A stretch of 64,000 nt of DNA from a virus: the IMG/VR virus record IMGVR_UViG_3300037137_001027, positions 1-64,000 of that record, one strand, 5' to 3'. Within the stretch, counting starts at the first letter, position 1; each line of letters starts with the position of its first letter. The notes under the pieces were generated by a model that worked only from the letters and a program-made list of their open reading frames with translations, did no database searches and was not told the DNA's origin. The position numbers and the translations under genes were made by a program. Below, piece after piece: positions 22,087 through 31,686 of this stretch.

Positions 22087-22620
22087 ATGATAAGGGAATT
22101 AGCGAAAAAGTTAGCAGAAAAAGCACACGAAGGACAGTTTCGGAAGTGGTCTAATCCGCCGCAACCATATATTGTTCATCCTATTAGGGTTGCGGACAAG
22201 GTTGCTTCTCTTAAAGGTACAAACGACATTGATGTATCGGCAGCTTACCTCCACGATGTTCTGGAAGATTGTGGGGAACAATACGCTCCGAAAATCTTGG
22301 AGTTATGTGGTGAAGAAGTCTTGAATTTAGTACGAGAATTGACCTTTGAAACGGAAGGTGCGGAGTGGGCGGGTAAGCCGCGAGCGGAAAAGAATAAGGT
22401 TCGCTTCGCTCACATGCGTTCGATGAGTCCCCGAAGCCAAGTCATTAAATTGGTTGACCGCTGGGACAATCTGCTTGATATGAAGAACGCGCCGCACAAG
22501 CTGATTCATAAGACCGTGGACGAATCTTATGTTCTCTTGGAAATCTGCGGTCCTGCGGACCCTGATATGGCAAAGGAATTAGAGACTGTTATCAAGAAGG
22601 TCGAGAAGGGGCGTGCATAG
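22087..22620 (+). CDS. Stand-alone RelA/SpoT-type HD hydrolase (small alarmone hydrolase/Mesh1-like)
   Basis: AHEGQFRK, PYIVHPIRVA, AAYLHDVLED and IKLVDRWDNL; alternative start at 22012. Confidence 0.85.
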   Translation: MIRELAKKLAEKAHEGQFRKWSNPPQPYIVHPIRVADKVASLKGTNDIDVSAAYLHDVLEDCGEQYAPKILELCGEEVLNLVRELTFETEGAEWAGKPRAEKNKVRFAHMRSMSPRSQVIKLVDRWDNLLDMKNAPHKLIHKTVDESYVLLEICGPADPDMAKELETVIKKVEKGRA

Positions 22621-22878
22621 TGCCATACTTAGGTGACATATACACCTTTGAAGAAATCGTAGAGAAGTTCCGCACCAAGGAATGGGACGTGAACAAGTGG
22701 AACTTCTGCATCTGTTATGAGCGGAATGACGCTGGCGAGCGTGTATTCGGTGCTTATATCATGGGCGAAGGTGCTGAGCAGCGATTGACTAGCAAGCATG
22801 GATTCGCTACTGAACAAGAGATTAAAGACTTGTATCATTCCTTGGGTGTCAAGCGTATATTGCCAATTTGAGGACAAT

Positions 22879-23247
22879 ATGAAGTACGTTAATCTGACTC
22901 CCCATGAAATTTCGGTCGATGTAGACGCTGTGCGTATCTCTATTCCTTCTACGGGGGACTGCCGTGTTGCTGTCACAACCGTTGATGAAGGAAAAACTTT
23001 AGAGCTTCTGAACGAAGCTGGTATGAAATTTAAGGTGCCTTTGGTCCGTAATAATTACGGCGACATTGAAGGACTGCCAAAGCAGGAACCTGATACTGTC
23101 TATATCGTTAGCCTGATCGTCCTGAATGCTCTTAAAACTAAGGGGCGACTCGGCTACCGTCCCGACGTGGTTGCGCCTGATAGTGGTCCTTCGGCTATCC
23201 GAGAAAATGGTAAAATCGTGGCTGTGAGACAGTTTGTAAGAAATTAG
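22879..23247 (+). CDS. Hypothetical phage protein (NLTPH-start type)
   Basis: GAGG RBS; MKYVNLTPHEI...YIVS...DVVAP. Confidence 0.7.
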   Translation: MKYVNLTPHEISVDVDAVRISIPSTGDCRVAVTTVDEGKTLELLNEAGMKFKVPLVRNNYGDIEGLPKQEPDTVYIVSLIVLNALKTKGRLGYRPDVVAPDSGPSAIRENGKIVAVRQFVRN

Positions 23248-23632
23248 ATATCATTTCTATAGTGGCGGTGCTGACGAGAAGGAAGGATACGCTGAGTGGC
23301 AAATGATGGAAGAAGCTATCAAGAATTGCCGTAAAGTAAAGAGCGAATGGTATCGTTGTTACACTTTTGATGCTATTTGCCGTCAGGCCCGTTGCCGTAC
23401 CGCTCGTAAGTTGATCGAAAATAAGGAAATTACACCTGAACAATTAGAGGATCATCGGTGAGCGAAAGATCAAAATACAAACGAAGCAAAATGGGTCACT
23501 TGCCTGGCAACATTAGCAAGGGTAAGAAAGTCGCCATGTTAGAAGGCGAGAATACCAACGTCGCCAAATCGTATCGTAAAGATTTCCAAAAGAAGGCGAA
23601 TAGAAAGTTTCGCCACAATAAAGGGACCAATC

Positions 23633-24571
23633 ATGAGTGAAATTGTCCTAGTATTAGGCTATAATGCTGCTGGCAAAAGCACTTACGTCAAGGAATATAC
23701 CGATAAAGGCTATCATCGCCTTAATCGTGATGAGCTAGGTGGTAAACTCGACTCCCTACCGCAAATCCTTACAGATTTGTTTAAGAAGGGAACAAAGAGT
23801 TTCGTTCTCGATAACACCTACGTCAACGTCGAAAGCCGCAAGAGCATTATTGATTGCGGTAAGAAACTCGGTATTCCTGTTCGCGCCGTCTGGCTCACTA
23901 CGTCCTTTGAAGATGCTCAATTCAATGCTTGCCAGCGCATGATCCGCAAGGCTGGCCGTCTGCTTGATCCTGTCGATTTCAAGACAACTAAAGACCCCAA
24001 CCTCTTCCCGCCTGTTGCTCTCTTCACCTATAAAAAGAACTTTGAAGAACCAATGAAGAAAGAAGGGTTTTCGGACGTAGTTATAGTTCCTTTTGTCCGT
24101 AAGAAAGACCCCAAATACTGCAATAAGGCACTCATTTTGGACTATGATGATACGCTGCGGGTGACGGACAACAAACATGGTTATCCGACTAAGCCAAGCG
24201 AAGTAAAGATTCTTCCTGGCCGCAAAGAAAAGATTTCTGAATACGTTAAAAAGGGTTATAAGCTCTTGGGCGCATCCAATCAATCTGGTATTGCTAAGGG
24301 GGTTTTGACAGCGCAAGATGCAGTGGATTGTTTTGAAGAAACAAATCGGCAATTGGGGCATGAAATTGACTATTTCTTCTGCCGTCATTCGATTCCGCCT
24401 GTCGTTTGTTATTGCAGGAAACCCCACACAGGAATTGGGGTTCATTTCATTGAAAAGTATAAGTTAGATGCTTCGCAATGCTGGATGATCGGGGACGCCA
24501 CAAGCGATAAAACATTTGCGGCGCGTTGCGGGTTCAAATATATTGACCAAGCGGAGTTTTTCAATGGATGA
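23633..24571 (+). CDS. Bifunctional polynucleotide kinase / HAD phosphatase (PNKP-like)
   Basis: P-loop GYNAAGKST, VLDNT, HAD DYDDT, SNQSG, RKP and MIGD motifs. Confidence 0.88.
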   Translation: MSEIVLVLGYNAAGKSTYVKEYTDKGYHRLNRDELGGKLDSLPQILTDLFKKGTKSFVLDNTYVNVESRKSIIDCGKKLGIPVRAVWLTTSFEDAQFNACQRMIRKAGRLLDPVDFKTTKDPNLFPPVALFTYKKNFEEPMKKEGFSDVVIVPFVRKKDPKYCNKALILDYDDTLRVTDNKHGYPTKPSEVKILPGRKEKISEYVKKGYKLLGASNQSGIAKGVLTAQDAVDCFEETNRQLGHEIDYFFCRHSIPPVVCYCRKPHTGIGVHFIEKYKLDASQCWMIGDATSDKTFAARCGFKYIDQAEFFNG

Positions 24572-24753
24572 AACCACAGCTATGCAAAGTCTTGAGGCTG
24601 CATTGAAGTCTGTTCAAGACCTTAAAGAAGAATATATCGCAATACAGGATTTTGATAATGCTGCCAAGTGGCGAGACATTGGCGATGCTATCAAGAAAAG
24701 CATCCTAATGACTAAGAGGCCAGTTAAATGATTGCCTTACCCATAAATAGGGT

Positions 24754-25371
24754 ATGAAAAGGATATTCATAGGTGGCTATGCTACAAGCGGTAGCAGAGT
24801 ACCAGTAATGCTTTTGAAGAAAGCTGGTTACTATGTTGGTAAGGGTGTTAATGTAAGTTATGATTGCGGGGCAGGCACATTCCCCAACATCTTTCGTACA
24901 TGGATTTTAGATCAATCCGAAGAAAACGAAACAAAGTTAAAAGACTTTTTTGACGATCAGGTGCTTGGAAGGAATAATTGGGCATTGAAGCATGGACATA
25001 TGATGCTTATTATCCCCAAGTTAAAGAGTTGGTATCCTGGGAGTGAATTTATTTTAACGGTTAGACACCCACTTGACCAGATGAATAGGTGGCGGGGGTT
25101 TGATTTCCTAAAAGAAGAACGGTTGACCAGCGATATAGAACGACATGCTGAACTACATAATGAAGCCTTAAAACATACCGATTTACTTTGGAGATTGGAA
25201 GACGCATGTTTCGACACTGTAAACGCCATTGAAAGACTGTTTAAGTTCGCAGAAATAAACGATGATCCGAGTAAGTATGTGGATTTAATTAAGGTGTCGG
25301 AAACAGTAGGAACGTTCCGTAATCCAATTATTAAAAGGCTAGGTTATGAAAGTGACAGTGGATGGCGTTGA
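24754..25371 (+). CDS. Sulfotransferase-family protein
   Basis: IFIGGYATSGS (5'-PSB-like loop), WALK and FILTVRHPLD; preceded by TAAATA-GGGT-ATG. Confidence 0.7.
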   Translation: MKRIFIGGYATSGSRVPVMLLKKAGYYVGKGVNVSYDCGAGTFPNIFRTWILDQSEENETKLKDFFDDQVLGRNNWALKHGHMMLIIPKLKSWYPGSEFILTVRHPLDQMNRWRGFDFLKEERLTSDIERHAELHNEALKHTDLLWRLEDACFDTVNAIERLFKFAEINDDPSKYVDLIKVSETVGTFRNPIIKRLGYESDSGWR

Positions 25372-25582
25372 GATGGATATTCCCCGTAAAATCAGTGCCG
25401 AAACACTGATAACGGAATATGCAAAAAGGTCATTAACAGGCGTTAGAGCCGTTCTTCACTATTTTGTTGATGGTGAAAGGCAGCGATTCTGGCCTATTGG
25501 CTGGAATGAGGTTATTGATAGTATTGAGGATGGCGACCGATTCGAGATAGAAATGGGCGAGTTAATTCCACCGCCTAACTAA
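25346..25582 (+). CDS. ThiS/MoaD-like beta-grasp protein lacking the C-terminal GG
   Basis: MKVTVDGVEMDIP...W...IEDGDRFEI. Confidence 0.45.
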   Translation: MKVTVDGVEMDIPRKISAETLITEYAKRSLTGVRAVLHYFVDGERQRFWPIGWNEVIDSIEDGDRFEIEMGELIPPPN

Positions 25583-25591
25583 TTTAATAGT

Positions 25592-26140
25592 ATGATTAGA
25601 ATACCATTAACTGCTAGAACAAACAATCTAGCCAAAGTCCTTGATAGAGTGATCTTCGATCATAAGATATTAAGGGAAGCAAATAACGCTGGTAGAATCG
25701 TTGGGGCATCTAATGATGCTCCAAAGTTATCAGAAGTAGACTTGGCGGAATGCAGGCAAAAAGGTGATATTGTCGTCGCTCCTGACGTTTATGCTTATTA
25801 TATCGAGAAGTTCGATGAGAATAAGGTCAAGGGAGCGGCAATGGCTTTATTCCCTAATAGTCCGTTAAAGTCTATTTCTGGCAGGTTCTTCTACCCGCCA
25901 AAAGGGTTTATGGGATGGCATACGAATTCCAATATGGAAGGTTGGCGGGTGTATGCGTCCTGGGCCGAAGAAGATAAACAGAGCTTTTTCCGCTACTCGC
26001 ACAAGAATAAGGTGCTGACAGAGTGGGAAGATAAGGGCTGGAACTTCCGAGCGTTTCAGGTAAAGAAACCAAACCTTTACTGGCATTGTGTTTACACCGA
26101 TTGCAACCGATATAGTTTTGGGTTTAGATTCGAGGGGTAA
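25592..26140 (+). CDS. Cupin/2OG-Fe(II) oxygenase-like protein
   Basis: YPPKGFMGWHTN...WHCV...RYSFGF. Confidence 0.6.
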   Translation: MIRIPLTARTNNLAKVLDRVIFDHKILREANNAGRIVGASNDAPKLSEVDLAECRQKGDIVVAPDVYAYYIEKFDENKVKGAAMALFPNSPLKSISGRFFYPPKGFMGWHTNSNMEGWRVYASWAEEDKQSFFRYSHKNKVLTEWEDKGWNFRAFQVKKPNLYWHCVYTDCNRYSFGFRFEG

Positions 26141-27841
26141 ATGAAAACACTTATCTGTCAGACTAATCCTACCCCTAATGATTTTCATGGCAATTGCCAG
26201 CAAATTGTCACTGGACTCCGCGAAGGATATAAAAAGAATGCTGACCTAATCGTATTTCCAGAGTTGGCTATCCCTGGCTATCTCTGTAAGGATATGATGT
26301 TCCGCAAGGGCTTTGTAGATCAAAACCTGGACTGTCTACATAGTCTTCCAGGTTATCTTGAAGCTGATTATGAACCGCATATCGTGATTGGTTATATCGA
26401 CCGTAACTACAGTGGCATGGGCAAACCGTTCCGTAATATGGCGGCGGTATTCCACGGTCGTCGTTTAATTGCCACCTATCAGAAACATCTATTGCCGTTC
26501 TATGACGTTTTCGATGAAGGGCGATACTTCCAGCCTGGTACTGACCTAGCGGTGGTTGAAATCTGCGGTGAAAAATGGGGTATTTGCATTTGCGAAGACC
26601 TATGGAATGACAAAGGTAGTGACGATTACAATTACCAATGCAATCCCCTAGAAGACTACCGCAAGCGTGGTGTTTACAACATCATTAGCATTAATAGCTC
26701 ACCATTCGTGCGCAACAAGCCAAAGAATCGCATGACTATGGTAGCTAAAAGCGCTGATTTGGGGACTATTATCTATTGCAATCAGATTGGTGGTCAGGAC
26801 GAATTGGTATTTGATGGCAATAGTTTTATTGTTGAAAAAGGTCATGTTCGTAGTTGCGCTGGCATGAAGACTTATCAGCTTTATGATAGCGATAACAAGC
26901 TCGATCAATGGGGTTCTATTCTACGCGAAGAAACCTATGATATGCTCCAATTGGGCTTGAAAGACTATATCCGAAAAAGCGGTTTCAAGGAAGTGGTGGT
27001 CGGCTCCAGCGGCGGTATCGACAGCGCATTAGTATTGTCGCTGGCGTGCGATGCTATTGGGCCAGAGAACGTCCACGGTATTCGTATGCCATCCACCATT
27101 AGTAGCGATCATTCTAAGAGTGATGCTGAGCAATTGCATAAGAATTTGGGCTGTCACGATCATTTGGTTCCTATTGACCATGAGCCATTTGTCCAGAATA
27201 TCCTTGGACATTTGTTGAATATGGAAGAACCAAAGCCTATCGCAAATGAGAACATTCAGGCTCGCTTGCGTGGCATGATCCTAATGTATTACTCAAACGC
27301 CTTTAATGCTCTATTGCTTTCAACGGGCAATAAGACTGAATTGGCGCTAGGGTATTGCACACTTTATGGGGACATGAATGGCGGTTTCTGTCCTATTAAT
27401 GACCTGTATAAAATGCAGGTTTATGAAATGGCGCGGTTCTACAACAAAGATGCTCGCATGGGCCGCAAGCCTAATATGATCCCTGAAAACATCTTGAATA
27501 AGGCTCCAAGCGCTGAACTAGCGCCAGGGCAGACGGACGAAGCAAGTTTGTTACCATATCCTGTTTTGGATGCGATTGTTCAGGGTTACGTTGAGCATTT
27601 TATTGGGGATTTCAAAAGCTTTTGGATACATTGTTTTGGTGCAGACATGTTCGCGGCTAAGCATGTGGAAGATGGCGTTCTTGGCAATTGGTTCAAAGGT
27701 AAGGATGCCGAGGAACAATATAACAGAATGCTTCGCTTAATCAATAATAACGAATTTAAGCGGCGGCAAGCTGCTCCTGGTATCAAGGTCACACCAATTG
27801 CGTTCGGTATTGGGCGCAGACTTCCTATCGTTAAAGGTTAA
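26141..27841 (+). CDS. nadE: Glutamine-dependent NAD+ synthetase
   Basis: Nitrilase domain (FPEL, ICEDLW) plus SGGIDSAL, ENIQARLRG, TGNKTE, PSAELAPGQTD and EFKRRQ. Confidence 0.96.
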   Translation: MKTLICQTNPTPNDFHGNCQQIVTGLREGYKKNADLIVFPELAIPGYLCKDMMFRKGFVDQNLDCLHSLPGYLEADYEPHIVIGYIDRNYSGMGKPFRNMAAVFHGRRLIATYQKHLLPFYDVFDEGRYFQPGTDLAVVEICGEKWGICICEDLWNDKGSDDYNYQCNPLEDYRKRGVYNIISINSSPFVRNKPKNRMTMVAKSADLGTIIYCNQIGGQDELVFDGNSFIVEKGHVRSCAGMKTYQLYDSDNKLDQWGSILREETYDMLQLGLKDYIRKSGFKEVVVGSSGGIDSALVLSLACDAIGPENVHGIRMPSTISSDHSKSDAEQLHKNLGCHDHLVPIDHEPFVQNILGHLLNMEEPKPIANENIQARLRGMILMYYSNAFNALLLSTGNKTELALGYCTLYGDMNGGFCPINDLYKMQVYEMARFYNKDARMGRKPNMIPENILNKAPSAELAPGQTDEASLLPYPVLDAIVQGYVEHFIGDFKSFWIHCFGADMFAAKHVEDGVLGNWFKGKDAEEQYNRMLRLINNNEFKRRQAAPGIKVTPIAFGIGRRLPIVKG

Positions 27842-27997
27842 TGGTGCCATAAAAAATAACTCGTTGGCAGGCGGATATGGTTTTGTCCTGGGTGCGCCAA
27901 GAAAACAACTGTCAAAGAAATGATGGATTCAATCTGACATTGGTGTTTTTTGTGGTATAGTAGGGAGTGACTTTGACAACCCAAAAAGGAGTTTGCC

Positions 27998-28495
27998 ATG
28001 AAGGATGTTGACTTTGTGCAGTTTTCGCGGCTTTTGGATAGCATCAATGCTGTTGGGTTGACTGAAACCCAAATCAAGGCAGTCGCAACCAGCATGGAAA
28101 TTGAGTCAAAGGACGTGCGACAGCTTCTTAATCGTGCTGCGGCACGATGGGAAGACCTGAAGCCCTTGGTCGAGAAGACGACTCCGCTCTCCGAAGATCA
28201 AGTCTCTGAAGAATTGGCAGAAAACGGTAAAGTCGTTGCATTGGTCAAGGTGGACTTTGCCGAGATTATCGGCAAGTTGGATGAAGAGGCGCTTGAAGAA
28301 TTCATTGATGACGTTACTCTTCGTGCGTCTCAAGTCGATTTCTCCAGTGTCGATCATAAGGTGCTGTTTGCTGAAAATGACACCTTATATATCAAGGTAT
28401 CGGCCACTGCGGAAGAAGTCGAAGACGACGAAGACGACGAAGACGACGAAGACGACGACATTGAGCCAGGCGACCCACGGGTAGGTCCAGGCTAA
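27998..28495 (+). CDS. Acidic hypothetical protein with EDD-repeat tail
   Basis: Class B promoter and AGGAG RBS; (GAAGACGAC)n repeat. Confidence 0.75.
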   Translation: MKDVDFVQFSRLLDSINAVGLTETQIKAVATSMEIESKDVRQLLNRAAARWEDLKPLVEKTTPLSEDQVSEELAENGKVVALVKVDFAEIIGKLDEEALEEFIDDVTLRASQVDFSSVDHKVLFAENDTLYIKVSATAEEVEDDEDDEDDEDDDIEPGDPRVGPG

Positions 28496-28501
28496 ACTAC
28501 T

Positions 28502-28540
28502 ATGGGCATGACCCTATTATAGGGTCATGCCCATTTCTTG
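28502..28540 (+). terminator. Terminator-like hairpin just upstream of a class A motif
   Basis: 15-bp perfect stem ATGGGCATGACCCTA/TAGGGTCATGCCCAT. Confidence 0.7.
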
Positions 28541-28601
28541 TGGCCAGCTTGTTGAGGTTGTACTAATGGAACCGTCTAGTTGAACAATACAGGAGGTTGT
28601 A

Positions 28602-29270
28602 ATGGGAAGGGCGTTTAGTCTGAAAGCAGACAGCAAGTGCGGAGAATGTAACCAGCCAATTCACGAAGGCGACATTTACACTATCATTTATGAAGATGAT
28701 GATAGCGGAAAGATTAAGTGCCTGCAATGCGATAAGTGCGAAGTAGATGATGAAATTGCCTACTATCGCAAGACTGGTGAAATCTCTAGCCATTTGTCGT
28801 TGGAAGCGGCGATGGCTAATTATCATTATACTGAGGGCGGTCCTAATTCGATGGACAGTCTTCGGGCTGATGTGCGACGGTTCTTCATCAAGTATAAGAA
28901 GGAATTGGTGGAAATCGCTGCTGGCACTGATAGGATTCATGATGTAATTCGTGCTTTTGAAGAAAAGCACTGGCTTCCATACTTGAAAAAGTATTGGAAT
29001 GATACTGACCAGCGTGGACACGAAACCAAGGTCGGTGACATTAAGTTAATGTTATGGGGTTGCGCTGGTCGTGTCCTTATCACTGCCGAACGTGGTAATA
29101 GCGATATTACCATGATTTTCAGCGACTATGAGAGCCAAGTGACTGCCAATGGTGGGCAGCAAGGTATCCACGGCTCGCAAAAAGCGGCACAAGAAATCCT
29201 GCAAGAGTTGGTGGATGCAAAAAAGATTAAATTCAAGCATAACAAATCTGTAACAATGGCGGGGCTGTAA
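28602..29270 (+). CDS. Hypothetical protein with N-terminal Zn-finger
   Basis: CGEC...CLQC; AGGAGG RBS. Confidence 0.7.
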   Translation: MGRAFSLKADSKCGECNQPIHEGDIYTIIYEDDDSGKIKCLQCDKCEVDDEIAYYRKTGEISSHLSLEAAMANYHYTEGGPNSMDSLRADVRRFFIKYKKELVEIAAGTDRIHDVIRAFEEKHWLPYLKKYWNDTDQRGHETKVGDIKLMLWGCAGRVLITAERGNSDITMIFSDYESQVTANGGQQGIHGSQKAAQEILQELVDAKKIKFKHNKSVTMAGL

Positions 29271-29292
29271 AAGCAGGTTTATGCCTGCTTTT
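29269..29292. terminator. Bidirectional terminator between convergent genes
   Basis: AAAAGCAGG-TTTATG-CCTGCTTTT. Confidence 0.7.
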
Positions 29293-29795
29293 TAAGTTCG
29301 TCTAGGCGGTGGTGTTGGCATACCAGAAGCTAATGGATTTCCAATATAATCAATTGTTCCAGGGTCTTGTTGAGGCTGTGGTTGTTGAACCCGCAATTGC
29401 TTTAATCCTTGTTTAGCCTGGTATCGTTTCCACATTGCGTGTCTTTTTTCATAACGAGGATCAAATACATCTGGATCAATAATGCTTCCGAAAGCCTGTT
29501 TTTCTTCTGGTCTTTCAATACGCGCTTCGGGTTTATCGAGTCCCATACGGGCGTAATGAGCGCGTAAAATGTTCTCTTTATCTTCCTCTAATTCAGGCGG
29601 CAAATGAAGTTGACCATTACTAATATTGTAGGTCCACATACCCACAGGATTATTAGCACTTTTAGCTGATTGCATTGCCGCTGGTAATTCTTTGGCTGAT
29701 CGTGGACCTATAACCTGATACTGGCCCGCACCATTTTTCATTAGGATATAAGTATAGGTGTCTTCGTGGAGTCTATAATATTCTTTGAATTTCAT
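29292..29795 (-). CDS. Putative capsid-internal protein (T4 CTS-like leader MKFKEYYRLHE)
   Basis: Leader pattern; AT-rich; antisense to neighbours; TAGATA 6 nt before the ATG. Confidence 0.5.
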   Translation of the reverse strand: MKFKEYYRLHEDTYTYILMKNGAGQYQVIGPRSAKELPAAMQSAKSANNPVGMWTYNISNGQLHLPPELEEDKENILRAHYARMGLDKPEARIERPEEKQAFGSIIDPDVFDPRYEKRHAMWKRYQAKQGLKQLRVQQPQPQQDPGTIDYIGNPLASGMPTPPPRRT

Positions 29796-29861
29796 ATGAT
29801 GTATCTAGTTTAGTCAAACTAAAAAATTGAGGTTGTACTAATTGGCGTAGGAGGAAAGACT

Positions 29862-30710
29862 ATGCGACGTGGAAATGATAGTGCTTGGATGGAAGACGAA
29901 AACAACCAGATGATTGCCTGCAATCTTGGCGCAGATTTCACCGCCGAGCATGAATGGGGCATCAAAGAATTGTATCAAACCCTTGGCGTTAAGAATGATA
30001 AAAACGTCATGGGTATTGACCGCTACCGTATCTGCGAACCAAAGATGGATAACATTGTTCTTATCGAAGAGAATAAGAACAATGTCGCTTTGATTTGTCT
30101 CCATTATCAATGCGATATGAAGTATCTTGTTGGTCAAACGCTAGACAAGATGTTTCATGGCGAGCTTACTATGCGGGGCGAGAGTGAGCTTGCAACTGCT
30201 TGGGACGGCAAAAGCTTTGGTATTCGGGTAAAGCGGCCAGTCAATATTAAACGTATCAAGCGGCTTTATGACACGATCAAGAACAAAGAAGCTGCAATCT
30301 GGCTTGGCGGCGGCGGTGTTTTTCAGAATGCGGGGCTGGTTATTGGCCTCATTAATGCCATTCCTGAAAACCTGAAACAACAAATGTATGAAGCCCACGT
30401 CGATACTAAGAAGTTATATGACGCATCTGATAAGACGGGTATTAAGGCCAAAATTGATGCTCTTAACGAGGCTCATCAGAAAAAATATAAGGATGATTTT
30501 AATACTTATTGGCGCACTCCGTTTGGTTATTATTCCTTGAAGCCAGGTTGGATTTCTGATAAGAGTAAGAGCGACTATCCCGTAATTTACTGGCTCAATC
30601 CACGGGAACAGGAAAAGAATCAATCGGGCTGGTATACCGTTGAGCAATTGGAACAGTGGATTGAAGGTAAAGGTCCAGTGGTTGAGAAGAAAGAAAAACA
30701 ATTTGCATAG
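29862..30710 (+). CDS. Hypothetical protein
   Basis: 282 aa; AGGAGG RBS; follows a motif copy. Confidence 0.75.
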   Translation: MRRGNDSAWMEDENNQMIACNLGADFTAEHEWGIKELYQTLGVKNDKNVMGIDRYRICEPKMDNIVLIEENKNNVALICLHYQCDMKYLVGQTLDKMFHGELTMRGESELATAWDGKSFGIRVKRPVNIKRIKRLYDTIKNKEAAIWLGGGGVFQNAGLVIGLINAIPENLKQQMYEAHVDTKKLYDASDKTGIKAKIDALNEAHQKKYKDDFNTYWRTPFGYYSLKPGWISDKSKSDYPVIYWLNPREQEKNQSGWYTVEQLEQWIEGKGPVVEKKEKQFA

Positions 30711-30719
30711 GAGTATTTT

Positions 30720-31034
30720 ATGAAGCAGCTTATGGAGTATGTTCGCAAGCAGCGCAAGGGTCAGCGGCTCAAGGTTGGCGTTTTGCTTGCTCAGAAGATC
30801 AAGACCAAGAAGGGCAAGCGAATCTTGATCGGCTGGAGTAAGTGTAAACTTACTGGCAAAAATGCCGATAAGTTCAATCGCACACGCGGTCTGGAAATCG
30901 CAGAAGGCCGTATCCAGAGTCGCCTTGAAAAGCAAGCCAAGACTAAGGTTCCACCGTCTATCAAGGAACAGGTGAAGGCGTTCGTGGAACGATGCAAGGT
31001 TTATTTCGAGACGAAGGAAGTGAAGGTGGTGTAA
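30720..31034 (+). CDS. Basic hypothetical phage protein
   Basis: IGWSKC...DKFNRTRGLEIAEGR. Confidence 0.7.
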   Translation: MKQLMEYVRKQRKGQRLKVGVLLAQKIKTKKGKRILIGWSKCKLTGKNADKFNRTRGLEIAEGRIQSRLEKQAKTKVPPSIKEQVKAFVERCKVYFETKEVKVV

Positions 31035-31044
31035 TGCCACCGTC

Positions 31045-31189
31045 TGTTAGGGGCGGGAGAATCCTGGTTGCAGAATCGTACTCTGCTAGGGGCGCGCGAC
31101 CCTATAGGACTGGAATCAATAGGTTTATCAGAAGGCTAACCAGATTTAGAAAGCGGAGCTAAAAGGCCGCTGAATCCCCAACCCTAACA
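31045..31189 (+). ncRNA. Candidate multi-stem structured RNA (~145 nt)
   Basis: Closing stem TGTTAGGG/CCCTAACA; internal stems CTGGTT/AACCAG, GCAGA/TCTGC, TAGGG/CCCTA and AGCGG/CCGCT. Confidence 0.45.
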
Positions 31190-31205
31190 ATTGAGGTTGT
31201 ACTAA

Positions 31206-31367
31206 ATGGATTACTTAAACAGTAGCCACTATCTCCATCGTGCCTGGGCTAAAGGCTTCTATGCCGTGGATGACAATTGCCCTTATTGCGTTGGCACGCA
31301 TAAATGGGCATGGTGGTGGGATGGATGGAGTAGTGGCATTCCACATAAAAAGGTGAACAATGCCTGA
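31206..31367 (+). CDS. Ribosome modulation factor (RMF/CrpP-fold)-like small protein, 53 aa
   Basis: HRAWAKGFYA...CPY...WWDGW matches the RMF pattern RA..xGyxA...CPY...WLxGW; below the ORF-track cutoff. Confidence 0.55.
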   Translation: MDYLNSSHYLHRAWAKGFYAVDDNCPYCVGTHKWAWWWDGWSSGIPHKKVNNA

Positions 31368-31686
31368 TTTGACGATTGAGTATTTCTATCATTGCGAATC
31401 CGCTGAGTCTTTTTCCACTCAAGTTGAAGGGAGCAATGGTAAGAAGTATACCGTCAGTTATGGCTTTGCCTCGCGTGGTCCATATCAATACGACTACACT
31501 TGCACTTGCGCCGCTTTCAAATTCAGCAAGGGACAACCTTGTAAGCACATCGAACAAGTCAAAGCATCGGGCAAGCATTGCAATTGGCAACAATTTGATG
31601 AAGGTGGGGAATTGTCTGAACAAGGTGGCGAGAAGTGCTGTCCGAAGTGCGGCTCGCCTGTTCGTTCTCAAGGGCATGGTGTTTAA
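31360..31686 (+). CDS. SWIM zinc-finger protein
   Basis: YTCTCAAF...PCKHI plus C-terminal CPKCG. Confidence 0.75.
   Translation: MPDLTIEYFYHCESAESFSTQVEGSNGKKYTVSYGFASRGPYQYDYTCTCAAFKFSKGQPCKHIEQVKASGKHCNWQQFDEGGELSEQGGEKCCPKCGSPVRSQGHGV

Noticed and set aside
31045-31189. tRNA or tRNA-Sec gene
   Set aside because: No T-loop GTTCRA, no UCA anticodon arm and no CCA end; I found no tRNA anywhere in the window by eye
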